Program-made: the position numbers and the translations under genes | The notes under the pieces: generated by a model | What the model saw: the letters and a program-made list of their open reading frames with translations, nothing else | What the model was told of the DNA's origin: nothing | The model's database searches: none | Origin: Octopus sinensis | Taxonomy: Eukaryota | Reading direction: 5' to 3' | NCBI RefSeq assembly: GCF_006345805.1 | Contig: NC_042999.1 | Coordinates: 44,764,001 to 44,828,000 of the forward strand | DNA length: 64,000 nucleotides | Shown here: positions 41,359-55,317 of the stretch, in pieces | How positions within the stretch are numbered: the stretch's first letter is position 1 | Layout of the letters: every line of letters begins with the position of its first letter

Positions 41359-42145
41359 TCATCATTTAACGTCCGTTTTCCATGCTGTTATGGGTTGGAT
41401 GGTTTGACTGGGGTCCAGAGAGTCAGTGGCTGCACTAGTCTCCAATCTGATCTGGCAATGTTTCTACACCCAGATGCCCGTCTTAATGCCAACCACTTCG
41501 AGAGTTTTACATGCCACTGGCACAGGAACCAGTCAGGTAGGCCTGGCATCAATCATGTTTGGATGATGCTTTTTACATGTCACTAGCAAGGGGCCCAGTC
41601 AGGTGGTCCTGGCATCAATCACATTCGAATAGTGTTTTTTACATGCCACTGGCATAGGAGCCAGTCAGAGGGCACTGACCACGGCTACGATTTTGATTTT
41701 ACTTGACTCAGCAAGTTTTCTCAAGCATATCATATCGCCCAACACATCAAGGGTACTCTTAACTGGGCTAGACATGCACTTTAGTTGCTGGGTTTTCTCA
41801 ATCATAGCATATCTCCAAAGGTCTCAGTCGCCAGTCATTGTCTCAATGTTCAAGTGTCATGCTTCACCACCTCATCCATGTCTATCTCTTCCACAGGTTT
41901 CTTCCACAGTTAGGGAGTGGCGCTTCTTTACATAGCTGTCTTCATCCATACATAACACATGACCATACCAGCACAGTCGTCTCTCTTGCACACTACATTT
42001 GATGCTTCTAGGAAGCATGTTTTCTCTCAAGGTGTTTACACTCTGTTGTGTATGCACACTGACTTTACACATCCAGTGGATCATACTAGCTTCATTTCTT
42101 TCAAGCCTATGCAGTCATGGCCCATGTTTCACTGCCATGTAGCAT
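41359..42145 (-). mobile_element. 5'-truncated, decayed RTE LINE
   Basis: QERRLCWYGHVLCMDE plus 3' UTR. Confidence 0.85.
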
Positions 42146-44028
42146 GGCAGTTTGCACATATGCATCATACGGTCTATTGTTAGATTTTAAAAGTAGACCA
42201 CTGAACACCATGGCCGTTGCATGACTTTTAGAGGCCAACTGCAACTTTTTGTTTCAGGGCCTCATTTCTTCAATCAAATTCATAATCTACTCATAGCTAT
42301 ATTTTGCTTTATTCTATCTGAAGTTCAATATTTCTCGTTATCCTAAAGAACGTCTTTAAAAGTGCAACAAGTTTAGGGCTGGAACTATCATATTATTTCA
42401 ATATTTAGGAAGGCCAATATTTAATAGGGTTGAATATTTATTCAATGGACTCACAAATATCAGAAGACAAGCATTTCAAAAAATCAACTGTGAAGTATAG
42501 TTGTCTCAGCTTTTGTATGCGAAGAAGTTTATTCAAGAACATTAAAATACAAAAAATTTTCAGTCCAAAACAAAGGCAAACTATTTTCAATTCTGGTATA
42601 GGTTGGGTGGGTCGTCATAGTCTGAGTTATTTCTTTTTAGGAGCAGCTTCTCCCATTGACTGGTGCACATTCAAGTTATATGCCTTGGTCTCTACAAGCT
42701 GATATACTTCTTGTCACCAACCTCTTTACAGAGTGTACTGGGTGTATTCTGCCATAGTACCAACACTAGGGACACTGAATTGTCCTTAACAAAGCAGGAC
42801 TTAGGGGAACCTGATAATCGTATGTCTTTTCTGTTCACTTACCAACCACTTTACAGCATGTACTGGGACTGGGTTTATTTCTCATGGCACCAGTACAAGA
42901 GAGGTAGTCTCACTCACTGCTTACCTGTAGAGGGAGCATGTCTTTGCCGTAGCACTAGAACAGGAGGTTGGTACCTTGTTCACAGCAAATGCAAATGTAG
43001 AGAGTATAAGTTGGGGTAAAGGTGCATGGCTTAGTGGTTAGGGTATTGGACTCGCAATCACAAGTTTTGATTCCTGGAACTGGCAGCGCATTGCCTTCTT
43101 GAGCAAGACACTTCATTTCACACTACTATCCATTCTATTGGTAAAAATGAGTAATCCTGTCATGGGCCAGCATCCCAACCAGGGAGGAATATATGTGCCA
43201 GAAAAACCAGGAAACTGGCCCTCTGCTCATTACAGAGTAATGCGGACTAATTAGAGCTTGAGGCAACCTGAGACTGAGACATAAGATACTCAAGTATCAG
43301 CACCATGGGATCAAATTTGATATCTAATGATAGGGAAGTGGAGTTCTTATCAATACTGACTTGTCTGCAAACCCACCATACAGATAAATGAATGGTTAAT
43401 TTTGGGCTTATTTTACAGAAATTTGAAATGGAGCCAGATCTATTATGAAATTAATGAAAAATTGGTTGTAAAATAAAATGATTGCCCAACACTTTGTTCG
43501 TAATTTGCCTCCTTTCATTGGTGTTGCATCATGTCCATAGCCAACATTGTTAACTAAAGCTGGTTATTAGAGTTAGCATTAATGTAATTAATGTAGTGGA
43601 GACCCAAAATTTTATTAATTAAAATTACAGTTATAGTGAGCAGAACTAATTATTAATGCAATTACTAAACCTGATCAAGAAATAGAAGGGTGAGAATCCC
43701 TAGAATTTAAATGAATTAACAATAGAATGCAGTTGGGTAGTGAATTTGATTTTTGGTAATATGGGTGCCACAACTCTGGACATAATTCACTTAGGTTTAA
43801 ACAGCAACCAGGGGTGGGGGAGAGGAGGGTAGGGGAGCAAGAAAGACAGAGCTGGGTTCCAATCTTCATAGGAGTATAATTTTGGTTAGGAAACAGCTGA
43901 ACCTGAGATGGCTTACTCCAGATACACTCCATAAAGATGGTGCTTTTAGAATGGAAGAAAATACAAAACACACAATATTATAAGTTGAAGCACTTTCTGT
44001 GTGATAATACCACTAAGAAAGAAATAGC

Positions 44029-44064
<36 letters not shown>

Positions 44065-44729
44065 GAGAATGGAGCAGAGAGGGAGAGAGAGTATGAAAGA
44101 GAAACATGTTTTTAAGTGTTACTCTTCAAGAGATTTGCTCCATTTCTTTTACTAAAGGTTCAAACTTAAAGCAGAGTCAGTTCAATCCACATATTTAAAT
44201 CAGTTTAATATCACATACCTCAAAGAACTAACTCTCCCCGCCACCCGTGTATCAACAACATGTTCTTAATAGTTGATTTGGCTCTTATTTTATCAGTTCA
44301 AGAGATAGTGCCAAATATCAAAACAGCAAATAAAAAATGCCGACAATTTTAGCTCTACAATAACTCAACAATCTTCTTGATGTACTTTTTGAAATATCCT
44401 TTGCATAAAATACATATAATGCATGCAGATATTTTTGAGAGAGAATCGCAAAATTTTCTTCTACTCAACAGCATCAGACATTCTTTATTTCCATAGATTT
44501 ATAGTTTATTTAATTATTTCTTTGATGATTATTGATGAATAAAGCTGACAAGGAGAAAAATATCATTTTTCAGATTGTTAGATTTTTATTTATCTAAAGC
44601 CATAGAACAGGTGTAATCTTGTGGTTAGGGAGTTTGCTTTTCAATCATGTGATACAGGATTCAAAGGCATATGTTGAAGGTCTCACTGTATGACATCCAT
44701 AGTTAGAGCCAGTTTTAAGCCAATTAGAC

Positions 44730-44987
44730 AGGTTTGTTCAAATTGGGCCTTGCACTAAGAGAGAACACCATGAGGTTTGTTCAAATTGGACCTTGCACTA
44801 AGAGAGAACACCATGAGGTTTGTTCAAATTGGGCCTTGCACTAAGAGAGAACACCATGAGGTTTGTTCAAATTGGGCCTTGCACTGAGAGAGAACACCAT
44901 GAGATTTGTTCAAACTGGGCCTTGCACTAAGAGAGAACACCATGAGATTTGTTCAAATTTGGCCTTGCACTAAGAGAGAACACCATG
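44730..44987. repeat. 43-bp minisatellite, 6 copies
   Basis: Unit AGGTTTGTTCAAATTGGGCCTTGCACTAAGAGAGAACACCATG. Confidence 0.95.
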
Positions 44988-45676
44988 CACATGCTTGAAT
45001 GAAGGACACTATGATGAATTTTTAGTATATCATTGTAGCTAATGGTGGAGCCGCAAACCCTCAATGCTTTTTGGCTGGGACTGGCATACTACATGAAGTA
45101 TAAAATATCAATCTTCAGCTTTTGTAGAGTAGAGAGCCCCACTGACAATTCTCTAATTGGGCTCTGAACTTCCAAGGCTGACCCTGCCCACAGCACATCT
45201 CCTACTATCACCTTACATGGAATAAAAACTTGTGAATGAAAATTTGGTTAATGAAAACTGTGTAAAAGCATGTTAGTAGACTGTTTTTACTGACAGATGA
45301 AGGAAGGACAAAGTAGATGCTAACATTGTCAAACCAATGCTTTGCATATGTAGAAATACTGTATTTAGTGGTATATAAGATGCACATGTTCTCCAAACAA
45401 AAAAGTCTCAAAAATTACTCCCACTGGGTTCTATATGTGAAGTTGGACCTTTATTGTATGTGTCAATGCATGTAACATATCCTAATATCATCAAACCAAT
45501 GATACTTTGGATGTGTTGAAATACTGTATTTGATGGACTTTTTCTCCAAAAAAATATCTCAAAATTTGCCCACATTGCATTCTATATGTGAAGTTGGACC
45601 TTTATTGCATGCTTTAATGCATATAATGTATGCAGCTGAAATTGGGGTGTATCTGATATGCTTGTGCATCTTTTAT

Positions 45677-45910
45677 CTTTACAACCCACAAGGGGCTAAA
45701 CATAGAGGGGACAAACAATGACAAACAAATGGATTAAGTCGATTACATCGACCCCAGTGCGAAACTGGTACTTTATTTTATCGACCCCAAAAGGATGAAA
45801 GGCAAAGTTGACCTCGGTGGAATTTGAACTCAGAACGTAACGACAGACGAAATGCCGCTAAGCATTTCGCCCGGCGTGCTAACGTTTCTGCCAGCTCGCC
45901 ACTTTTTTAA
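45677..45910 (-). mobile_element. tRNA-derived SINE family D with a 19-bp target-site duplication
   Basis: Head GGCGAGCTGGCAGAAACG with B-box GAGTTCAAATTC; ATGCTTGTGCATCTTTTAT at 45658-45676 and 45911-45929. Confidence 0.85.
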
Positions 45911-47124
45911 ATGCTTGTGCATCTTTTATGCCATCAAATATGGTAGTCAGTTTGGAGAAACAGTTAATCTAATTGAAGGAATATTGTTGTTTTGTAACCA
46001 TATCCATTGAGGGTAAAGGCTTTGAGAGTAAACTCTAAGTACAAATTCTGCGCTGGAGTCTGTAATGCATTCCATCATTGTCTTCAACTTCAATGTCTGT
46101 GATGATACAAGTACTAAGTTCTGTCAGACACGGTTCTTCTCTTGTTCAACATCATTAGTGTGAAGAGAAGAGACTTATTGCATGGACAACAACTGGTCTT
46201 TTATACAAACATATCTAGACTTGTATTATGGAAAGGATATATTAATGTTGTCTTACAGTAACAGTACATCATAAAAAGGAAACTGTTAAAGGAAACTGTG
46301 AGCAATTATAGTCACTGGTGGCAAGAACTACACAGAAATCTTCAAAGAAGAGAGGAGAGGCTTGATGTTTGCTGTTGAAGAAAAGTGCATGTGAAAAGAA
46401 AATACAAGTATCAAGAAAAGACTGGTGGATGGTACATTCTAATGCAGTCACTTCAGCTGAGATATATTATAATAGTTTTTGTAAGAGATTTTTTCATAGC
46501 CAAACATTTTTACCATTAATGTCAGGGTTTGGTAAACACACAGAGTTAACTTGTCTCTCAACCTGCAGTCAATTCAACTGGGATGTTACTACTGTGTGAG
46601 CTTTTCTAAGGACTTACTAAATGCTGATCTCTTACCATAGACTGAAGGAAAACTTTTCAGTTGCTTATCCAAGGCCTTGTGAAGTTAACAGATGCTGCTA
46701 CAGACATGAATATGAATTGTTATAATTTAGTAGGTCGTCTATGTGGTACAAGAATTCAGAATGATGATTTCAAATTCTCGCACAAAATTACACACTCACA
46801 CACACATATGACTTTAATTTTATATGAAATGAAATGTTTCGCTCAAGAACAAAATGTGTTGCCCAGTCCAAGAATTGAAATGACAATCTTATGATCAGGA
46901 GTCCAACAACCTAACCACTAAGCCATGCACCTCTACTCCAAGAAACCCTGGAGAAGAGCTATTGAAAAATAGAAGTAGGATGGTGGATGGGGAATATGGA
47001 ACCGGGCATGAACCTTGACCATTGACAGGGTAGCATGCAAGGAGTGGAAGCCTTATGTGCCATGTGAGAGGCACAAAGTGGAAAGATGGAGCTGTAAAAT
47101 ATAAATGAAACATATATATATATA

Positions 47125-47527
47125 GGCGCAGGAGTGGCTGTGTGGCAAGTAGCTTGTTTACCAACCACATGGTTCCGGGTTCAGTCCCACTGCGTGGCAC
47201 CTTGGGCAAGTGTCTTCTACTATAGCCTCAGGCCGACCAAAGCCTTGTGAGTGGATTTGGTAGACGGAAACTGAAAGAAGCCTGCCATATACATGTATAT
47301 ATATGCGTGTGTGTGTTTGTGTGTCTGTGTTTGTCCCCCTAGCATTGCTTGACAACCGATGCTGGTGTGTTTATGTCCCTGTTACTTAGCGGTTCGGCAA
47401 AAGAAACAGATAGAATAAGTACTGGGCTTACAAAAGAATAAGTCCCAGGGTCAAGTTGCTCGATTAAAAAGGCGGTGCTCCAGCATGGCCGCAGTCAAAT
47501 GACTGAAACAAGTAAAAGAGTAAAGAG
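47125..47527 (+). mobile_element. SINE family A, full-length reference copy
   Basis: A-box-like TGGCTGTGTGG, B-box GGGTTCAGTCCC (47177), internal microsatellite, AAGAGT tail. Confidence 0.92.
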
Positions 47528-47769
47528 TATATGTATTTTAATATTTTTCTAGATTCTTTTTTCTTTTATTTTTTACTTGTTTCAGCCATTAGACTGTGGC
47601 CATTCTGGGCACTGCCATGAAGAATTTTTAGTTGAATGAATTGACTCCAGTAGCTACTTTTCGGTAAGCCTGGTACTTATTTTATCGGTCTCCTTTGCCA
47701 AACTGCTATGTTACAGGAACATGAACCCACCAGCACCAGTTATCAAGTGTTATATGTATATGCATCTAC

Positions 47770-47824
<55 letters not shown>

Positions 47825-47886
47825 CATCCATCCATCCATCCATCCATCCATCCATCCATCCATCCATCTATCTATCTATCTATCTA

Positions 47887-47947
<61 letters not shown>

Positions 47948-48159
47948 TTATCTACACGCACACACACACACATGGATGAAGAATGCAGAACAGGCATAAA
48001 TATATATTATACGTGCGTGATTGTGTATATGTGTGTGTGTATATATATATATATATATTGCCCCGCCCAACCACCCCCCACACACCTCCCCAATCCCTCC
48101 CCCCAGACCTCCCGAGACCTACCACCACCACCACCTCCTCTACTTCTTTCCACCCACCC

Positions 48160-50352
48160 CTTCTCCACTTCCGTCTGTTGTTACCATTCCCCCATTCGAT
48201 CTTCCCCTCCCTGCGGCTGAACGCTCCGTCCTTGGTAGGGGTCTGCGTTTCATCCCCCTCACTCCATCCTGTAAGGAATTCCAGACGCGAGTTGATGTCC
48301 ACAGCTTTGTGCGCCGTGTCCGGTTGGGTGTGCCATTACCACGACTCGCCACCCACACCCCACGAAGAGGACGACTGCTTCACTGGCCTGGGCCGCCGAC
48401 CATCCCCGTGGCCGCCTGCCCCTGGCCAGATCCTAGCAGTGGATCTTTTCGCGGGCGCTTGTCAGTGTGCATTGGAGCGGTTCAACTTCTCCAGGCGCCA
48501 ACGCCGCCTCAACATCTCCCCGGCTGAGCTCTTGGCTCTTCGTTCCCTCCAACGGCGCGCTGACATTATCATCACAAACCGGCTGACAAGGGTGGAGCTG
48601 TAGTGGTGTGGCGCGCGGACCTCTATAGGGCCGAGGCTTCCCGCCAACTCAATGACACCTCCTTCTATTCCCCTCTGCCCTCTAACCCCACACGTAGCTA
48701 CCAACAGACGTATCCTCTACTGTCCAAGACCTCATCTCGTCCTCCCGTCTCCCCCGCACCGCATCCAACCTAATTGTGCGAACCCCACGTACCCCCACCA
48801 TTTACTTCCTCCCCAAAATCCACAAACCAACAACACCTGGCCGCCCCATCGTCTCCGCCTGTAACTGCCCCACGGAGCTCATCTCTAAATACCTCGACCG
48901 TGTCCTTGCCCCCCTAGTGGCATCTCTTCCCTCCCACATCCACGATACCAACCATGCTCTCCGGCTTTTCAACTCTTTCTCCTCCTTCCTCCCGGCTCCT
49001 CCAAAATCCTTTTACTACTATGGACATCCAAAGCCTCTATACTGTTATCCCTCACCACGAAGGACTGCAGCCCTTCGACACTTTCTTGACCTCCGCTCTA
49101 ACCCTGTACCTGACCACCTCCACACTCATTCGTCTGGCCGAACTTGTCCTTACTCTGAACTGCTTCTCGTTCGCGGGCGAGTTCTACCATCAGATCTCGG
49201 GAGTGGCCATGGGAACGCGAATGGGCCCCAACTATGCGAACCTGTTCGTTGGCTATGTTGAGGCCCAAATATTCTCTAATTTCACTGGTCCCACTCCTGA
49301 ACTATATGGTCGTTCATTGACGACATTATCGGTGCCACCTCACTCTCCCGCGAACATCTAGATTCCTTCCTCTCTTTCGTCCAATCTTTCCATCCAGCCC
49401 TCCACTTCACTTCCACTATCTCCAACACCTCTGTCTCCTTCCTCGACATTTCGGTTAGCATTCTTCACTCCACTCTTACCACCTCCATTCACTACAAACA
49501 CACAGACTCACACTCATACCTCAACTTCTCTTCCTCCCACCCAGAACACCAAGCTTCCATCCCCTATTCCCAATTCCTCCGTCTACGTAGGCTCTGTAGT
49601 GACGACCATGACTTTGAGACTCAGTCTCAACGTATGGCTCACCACTTCACCCTACGTGGATACCCCCTCACCACTATCCACACCGCCCTTGCCAGAGCAC
49701 GGTCCGTGGACCGTGTATCTGCTCTCTCTCCCCGAACCCGCCCTGTAGTCTCCCGCCTCCCTTTTCCCCTCACTTACCACCCCACGATCCTACGTCTCCA
49801 ATGCACCATTCTTCGAGCTTTCCGTCATCTCCAGTCCGACCCTCCACTTCACACCTCTTCTTCCCTAACCGACCCCTCCCCTCTTTCAAATGAGCCCACA
49901 ACCTTCGAGACCTTTTGGTCCATAGCTCCTTCCCTGACCCTACCTCCCAACCCGCTCGTTCCCCTGCTCCCGCCCACGTTGCCGCACTTGCCCTTACCTC
50001 TCCAACACCACCCCCTCACTAGCACCCACCATCGACCCTATCCCATCATCCACTCCTTCACCTGCACCTCCAGCAATATTATCTATTGCATCTCTTGCTC
50101 TCTCTGCAATTCCTTGTACATCGGACAAACGGGACGCCGCTTGGCTGACCGGTTCGCGGAACACCTTCGTGACATCCACCTTGCGAACGACACACCGGTC
50201 TCACGCCATTTCCGCTCCACGGTCACTCCTTGCAACACCTATCTGTGTTCGGTTTGTCCTTACACAGAGCCATCCGGATTCCCGTTTGCGCCGTGAACAG
50301 GAATTAATCTTCTCTCTTCGCTCTTATACGCCATTTGGTCTCAACTCTCCCC
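48160..50352 (+). pseudogene. Penelope-like element 1: RT + GIY-YIG endonuclease, frameshifted
   Basis: [38 protein letters not shown], a broken R(Y)IDD at about 49311, and IYCISCSLCNSLYIGQTGRRLADRFAEH. Confidence 0.92.
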
Positions 50353-51165
50353 CCTCCCATCATCTAACCCCCCTCCCCCCTCCTCACCTATCCTTTCTCC
50401 CCCCGACCCCTACTTCTTCAGTCCTTCATCCTTTCACCCCTACTCCCCTTCCCTTCTTCCCTCTTTCTCCTCCCTCCCTCTTCCCCTTCCCTCTGCTCCC
50501 TCTCTCCCCTTCCTTCTCCCCCATCCTCTCCTCTTCCCCATCTCCTCCCCCTCTTCTTCTTCCCCTCCCTTTCTCCCCCCCTCTTCCCCCCCCCCCCCTC
50601 TTCTCCTCACTAACACCACATGACTTTACACATCACATCACATATGATGTGCCATACAATACACACACCAACTAATACATACTAATACGTACTAATACAT
50701 ACTAGTACATACTAATACTTACACCAACCTATACAAACACACACGTCCAGACCCCGCATATGCACTTATACTCTCTCTCACACACACACACCTATACATA
50801 CCAATACGTACAATACATACATACGTACTAATACATACTAATACATACTATACATACACCAACCCCATACATACGCACGTCCAGACCAATCCTACGCACT
50901 AATACTCTCTCATACACACACACACACACACCCTTATACATACTAATACATACACCAACCCTATACATACACACATCCAGACCCCTCCCACGCACTTTAG
51001 CTGGTCCCTCAACCCTTTTATCAACCCTATTATCTCCCCTTATTTCGCTCTCGCGTCTCATGTTTGATCTTTGACCTCTGGCCGAAATCAGATCGCCATG
51101 TTGATTCGTTAGCTACTGCACGCATTTTTTTTTCTCTCCTTCTTTCTGTGTTTCTCTCTCTGTGT

Positions 51166-51235
51166 ATCTTTCTGTTGAAGAGCGTAGGCTTGAAACGTTA
51201 AAGACTTTTTTATTTATATTTCCTGAGCCCATACT
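51166..51235 (+). ncRNA. Decayed hammerhead in the 3' region of PLE 1
   Basis: CUGUUGA-A-GAGC GUAG GCUU-GAAA-CGUU; core A6U, and the cleavage triplet is lost. Confidence 0.4.
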
Positions 51236-51388
51236 AATACATTTGTTCGTTTGTTTTCCACCTGCCTTCGTCTTTTGTTTATTTTCATAAAGCTTCCCGT
51301 TATATATATATATATATATATATATACTATATATATATATAATATATATATATAATATATATTATTATATATTTATATATTATATATA

Positions 51389-51436
<48 letters not shown>

Positions 51437-51819
51437 ATATATATAATATATATATATATATATAATATATAATATATTATACATATATATATATATGTCT
51501 CCTAGTTGTACTTGCATGATAAAAGTGAATGGAAATATTAGCAAGAATACTAAATGGTAACCTGACAAATTTTGCAATGCTAATAACGGCAATAAAGAAG
51601 AAGAAAAAGACAACAGAAAACATACAAATGAAACAAAACATAAAACGACAATAGTAAATATATAATATATAATATAAATTTCAGTTTTCAGTTGAAGCAT
51701 TTTGCAGTTGGCTTTAGCTTTTACAACTCTGTTCTTTTGAAAGAGCTTTCAAAGGAAATGCAGAGCTTTAACTGTTGTTGATAAGTTCTTATAGCTTCTA
51801 ATTTTTGGCAGTACAACAA

Positions 51820-52066
51820 GCAACGACAACAACAACAACAACAACAACAACGACGACAATAGCAAAACAGCAGCGGTAGAAGCAGCAGCAGCAGTAGCAG
51901 CCACAACAGCAGTAGCAGCCATAATATTACCAGAAAAGGATAAAAAATGGGTAAGGAACAATGGCAAACAGCAAAATCAGGAGCAACACAGATAATATCA
52001 GCAACAGTGGTAACAAGAATAATAACAACAGCAACAACAACAACAACAATAATAATAATAATAATG

Positions 52067-52102
<36 letters not shown>

Positions 52103-53260
52103 TAATAATAATAATAATAATAACACCGACAATGACAATAAGGGAAGATGAAGAATAGAAAAACTTGAAAAATAAAGCGGAATAAATAAATGAATAAATA
52201 AGTAAACCGAATTAAAAAAGGAAAATAGAAAGAAGAGAGGGGAAGGTGGGAAGGGAGAAAGAGGGGTGGGTGAGAAAGGTGGGAGAGGGGGGAAAGACGG
52301 GTGGGTGAAGAAGATGGGTGGGGAGAAAGAGGAATGGGTGAGAAAGAAGGAAGGGGATGAAGATGGAAGGAGGTGGAAAAGGGGAGTGGGTGAGATAGAA
52401 AAGAAGGGCGAGAAGGGTGAGAAAGAGGCGGAGGTGGAAAGCGGGTGGAGGATAAAGAAGGGGGGTGGGGGAAGAATGGAAGGTAGAAAACGGGGAGGTG
52501 GAAGAAGGGGAAGGGTAGAAAAAGGGGTAGGGGAAGAGAGTTGGGGAAACAGGAGAGAGGGAGAGAGTGGAAGGTGTAAAAAGTGGGGGAAGAGGCGGTG
52601 TGGGAAAAGGAAGGGGAAAAAGAGGGATGAAGGGGAAGGTGGGAGGTGGAAAAGGGAAAGGGAAAAGAGGGGTGAAGTGAAAGAGGTGTGGGAAGAAAGA
52701 GGGGAGGGTAGAAACAGAGGAGGGGAAAAGAGGGGTGGGGAGAAGGTGGAGGAGGAGGAGGAAAAGTGTGAGAGAATTTAAAAAGACTAAGAATTAAGGA
52801 AGGCAGTGTTATGAAATGCATGTAATGATTGCAAGAAGTTCTTTTTGTTCCATGCCACATTCCTACACCATCTCATTTGATTATGATTATGAAGATTGCG
52901 GTTGCTGCAGCTGCCATTAATGATGATGATGATGGTGATAATGATGCTGGAATAATAGAAGATGATAATGATGATAAATCAGGAACATTTTTTCATACAA
53001 TGGAGATGATGATGATGAGGATAATGGTGATGATGGTGATGTTGGTAACGACGATGAGGACGATGATGACAATGATGGCGATGACGATGATGATGTCAAA
53101 GAATAAATTTTTTATTTCTCCTTTTTCTACCATTCTTTTCCATTCATTTTTTTCCCAAGAGATACAATAATCCCTCAAAAACAAAAAAAGAAATAGCCAA
53201 AAAACAACAATAATGATAAAATAAAATACTAAAAAACAACAACAACAACAACAGAACAAT
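51820..53260. repeat. Low-complexity block: (AAC)n, (AAT)n, a purine-rich tract of about 550 bp, (GAT)n
   Basis: Direct inspection; it explains the 379-aa low-complexity ORF. Confidence 0.9.
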
Positions 53261-53902
53261 TTATGGGATTATGGTTAATAACATAAAATATATATATACA
53301 ATGAAAACTATATAAAGAAGAAATAAAATTAGTTAAAATATATTTATATAAAATTTAAAAAGCCAGCAAAATACATCTGAAAATAGAACAAAAACCAAAA
53401 AAATACACAGCAAAAAAAAAACCTCTTCAAAAAAAAAAAAATTTTAAAAGAACTGCCAGAACATCTTGTAAAATTCAGTGCCATTATAAATTTGTGTTAA
53501 AAAACTATATTTTTTCACAAACTCATTTTCTTCTTTGAGTTAAACATGAGTGTTAGGATGTTGCAATTTTATAATGAAGCAATATATTTATGTGTTATGC
53601 ACATTTCGTTCCTTGTTTGATATGTTGTTTGCAATTTCTTGCGTCTGAACATGCTTGTATGTATGTATGTATGTATGTATGTATGTATGTATGCATGCGT
53701 GCAAGCATGTATGTATGTATTATGTATGTATGTATGTATGCATGTATGTAGCTATGTATGTACATTTGTATGTATATATGTATGCATGTATGTATTTATT
53801 TATTTATGTATGTAGCTATGTATGTACATATGTATATATGTATATATCTAAATGTCCATGTATGTACACATGTATGTTTGTATATTTGTATGTACACATG
53901 TA

Positions 53903-55191
53903 CGAGGGGCGTTCAATAAGTAATGCCCCTGACCCACTTCCCATAGCAGTAGAGCAACGACACTTGGCACAGTTATTAGTCTTTTCCTACATAGGAACTA
54001 CTCAGAATTACGCATTTCCCCCATCGTTTGATACAGCTCTGGAGACCGTTTTTGTAGAAGACCCCAGCTTGGTCCTCCAACCACGACGTGACTTCAGAAA
54101 TCAAGGCTGCATCATCTGGGAAACGCTTTCCTTTCAAAATCAACTTCATGGCTGGGAAGAGGTGAAAATCAGAGGGTGCAAGGGGAGGAATTCATAGCTG
54201 CACGCCTGTGCTTCTGATCTGGCGACACGCGAGTTGTGGACCGGAGCGTTGTCCTGCAGGAGGAGGATGCCGTTGCTGATCTTGCCCCGCCTCTTGATTT
54301 TGATAGCTTCTCTTAATTTCCTCAAAAGTGAAGCATAATAGGCTCCTGTAATTGTGGTACCCTTTGCCAGGAAATCTGTCATCACTACTCCGTCCTGATC
54401 CCAGAAGACTGTGAGCATAACCTTGTCAGCGGAGGGCTGCACCCTTGCCTTCTTTGGAGGAGGTGAGTCCGGTGCTTTCACTCATGCATTGACTGGGCTT
54501 TGGTCTATGGATCATAGTGATGGACCCAGGTTTTATCCTGTGTAATCAGTCTTTTGAAAAATTTTGACTCATCTTCTTGGCACATCTCCAAATTCATCCT
54601 CGAGCACTCAACGCGTTCTTGCTTCTGGAAAGGTGTGAGCAACCTGGAAATCCATCTGGCAGACACCTTTTGCATATGCAAATGGTCATGAATGATAGTT
54701 TCCACAGACCCGGTACTAATCTTGACCTTATGGGCTATTTGGCAAATAGTTATGCGTTGACCTTCCAAAATAGCAGCCTCAACTTGACGGACAGACGTCT
54801 CATCAACGGCAGAAGGGGGCGACCAGATCTGGGAGCTGTTTCCACAGAGTTCCGACCATGTTTAAATTCACGATGCCAGCGTTTTACAAGGTCATATGAT
54901 TTTACAAGGTCATATGATGGGGCATTATCACCATAAGTTACTTTCATTTCATCAAAAGTCTCCCGTGGTGTGCATCCTTTCAAATACAAAAACCAGATCA
55001 CTGCTCGACTCTCAACAGGCTCCATTTCACACTTGACTCAGTTCAAACACCTGTAAATCAGAAACCACGATTAGTTCAGAGCTGTAATTCGCCACTTAAT
55101 CTATAGAGGTATAAATAAGTGCACATGCAAAATTTCAGCTAGATCAAACAATTGCAAGTGGGTCAGGGGCATTACTTATTGAACGCCCTCG
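53903..55191 (-). mobile_element. Full-length mariner transposon (Himar/irritans-like) with an inactivated transposase
   Basis: TIRs CGAGGG(G)CGTTCAATAAGTAATGCCCCTGACCCACTT with a TA duplication. Transposase at 55025 to 53976 contains RSGRP, QDKTWVHHYDP and LQDNAPVH; frameshifted. Confidence 0.93.
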
Positions 55192-55317
55192 TATGTATGG
55201 ATGGATGTATGTACAAATATACATATCTGTGTATATACGTATATATATATTTATGCAAACGTACATTTGTATGTATATATGTATGTACAAATGTATGCAT
55301 AAATATATGTATATAGT

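Noticed and set aside
46250-46430. Peptide-like fragments reminiscent of a restriction-endonuclease-type LINE C-terminus
   Set aside because: The motif order is inconsistent and the similarity is too weak to support.
51721-52860. 379-aa minus-strand ORF
   Set aside because: It is the translation of a purine-rich tract and (AAT)/(AAC) repeats, with no domain content.
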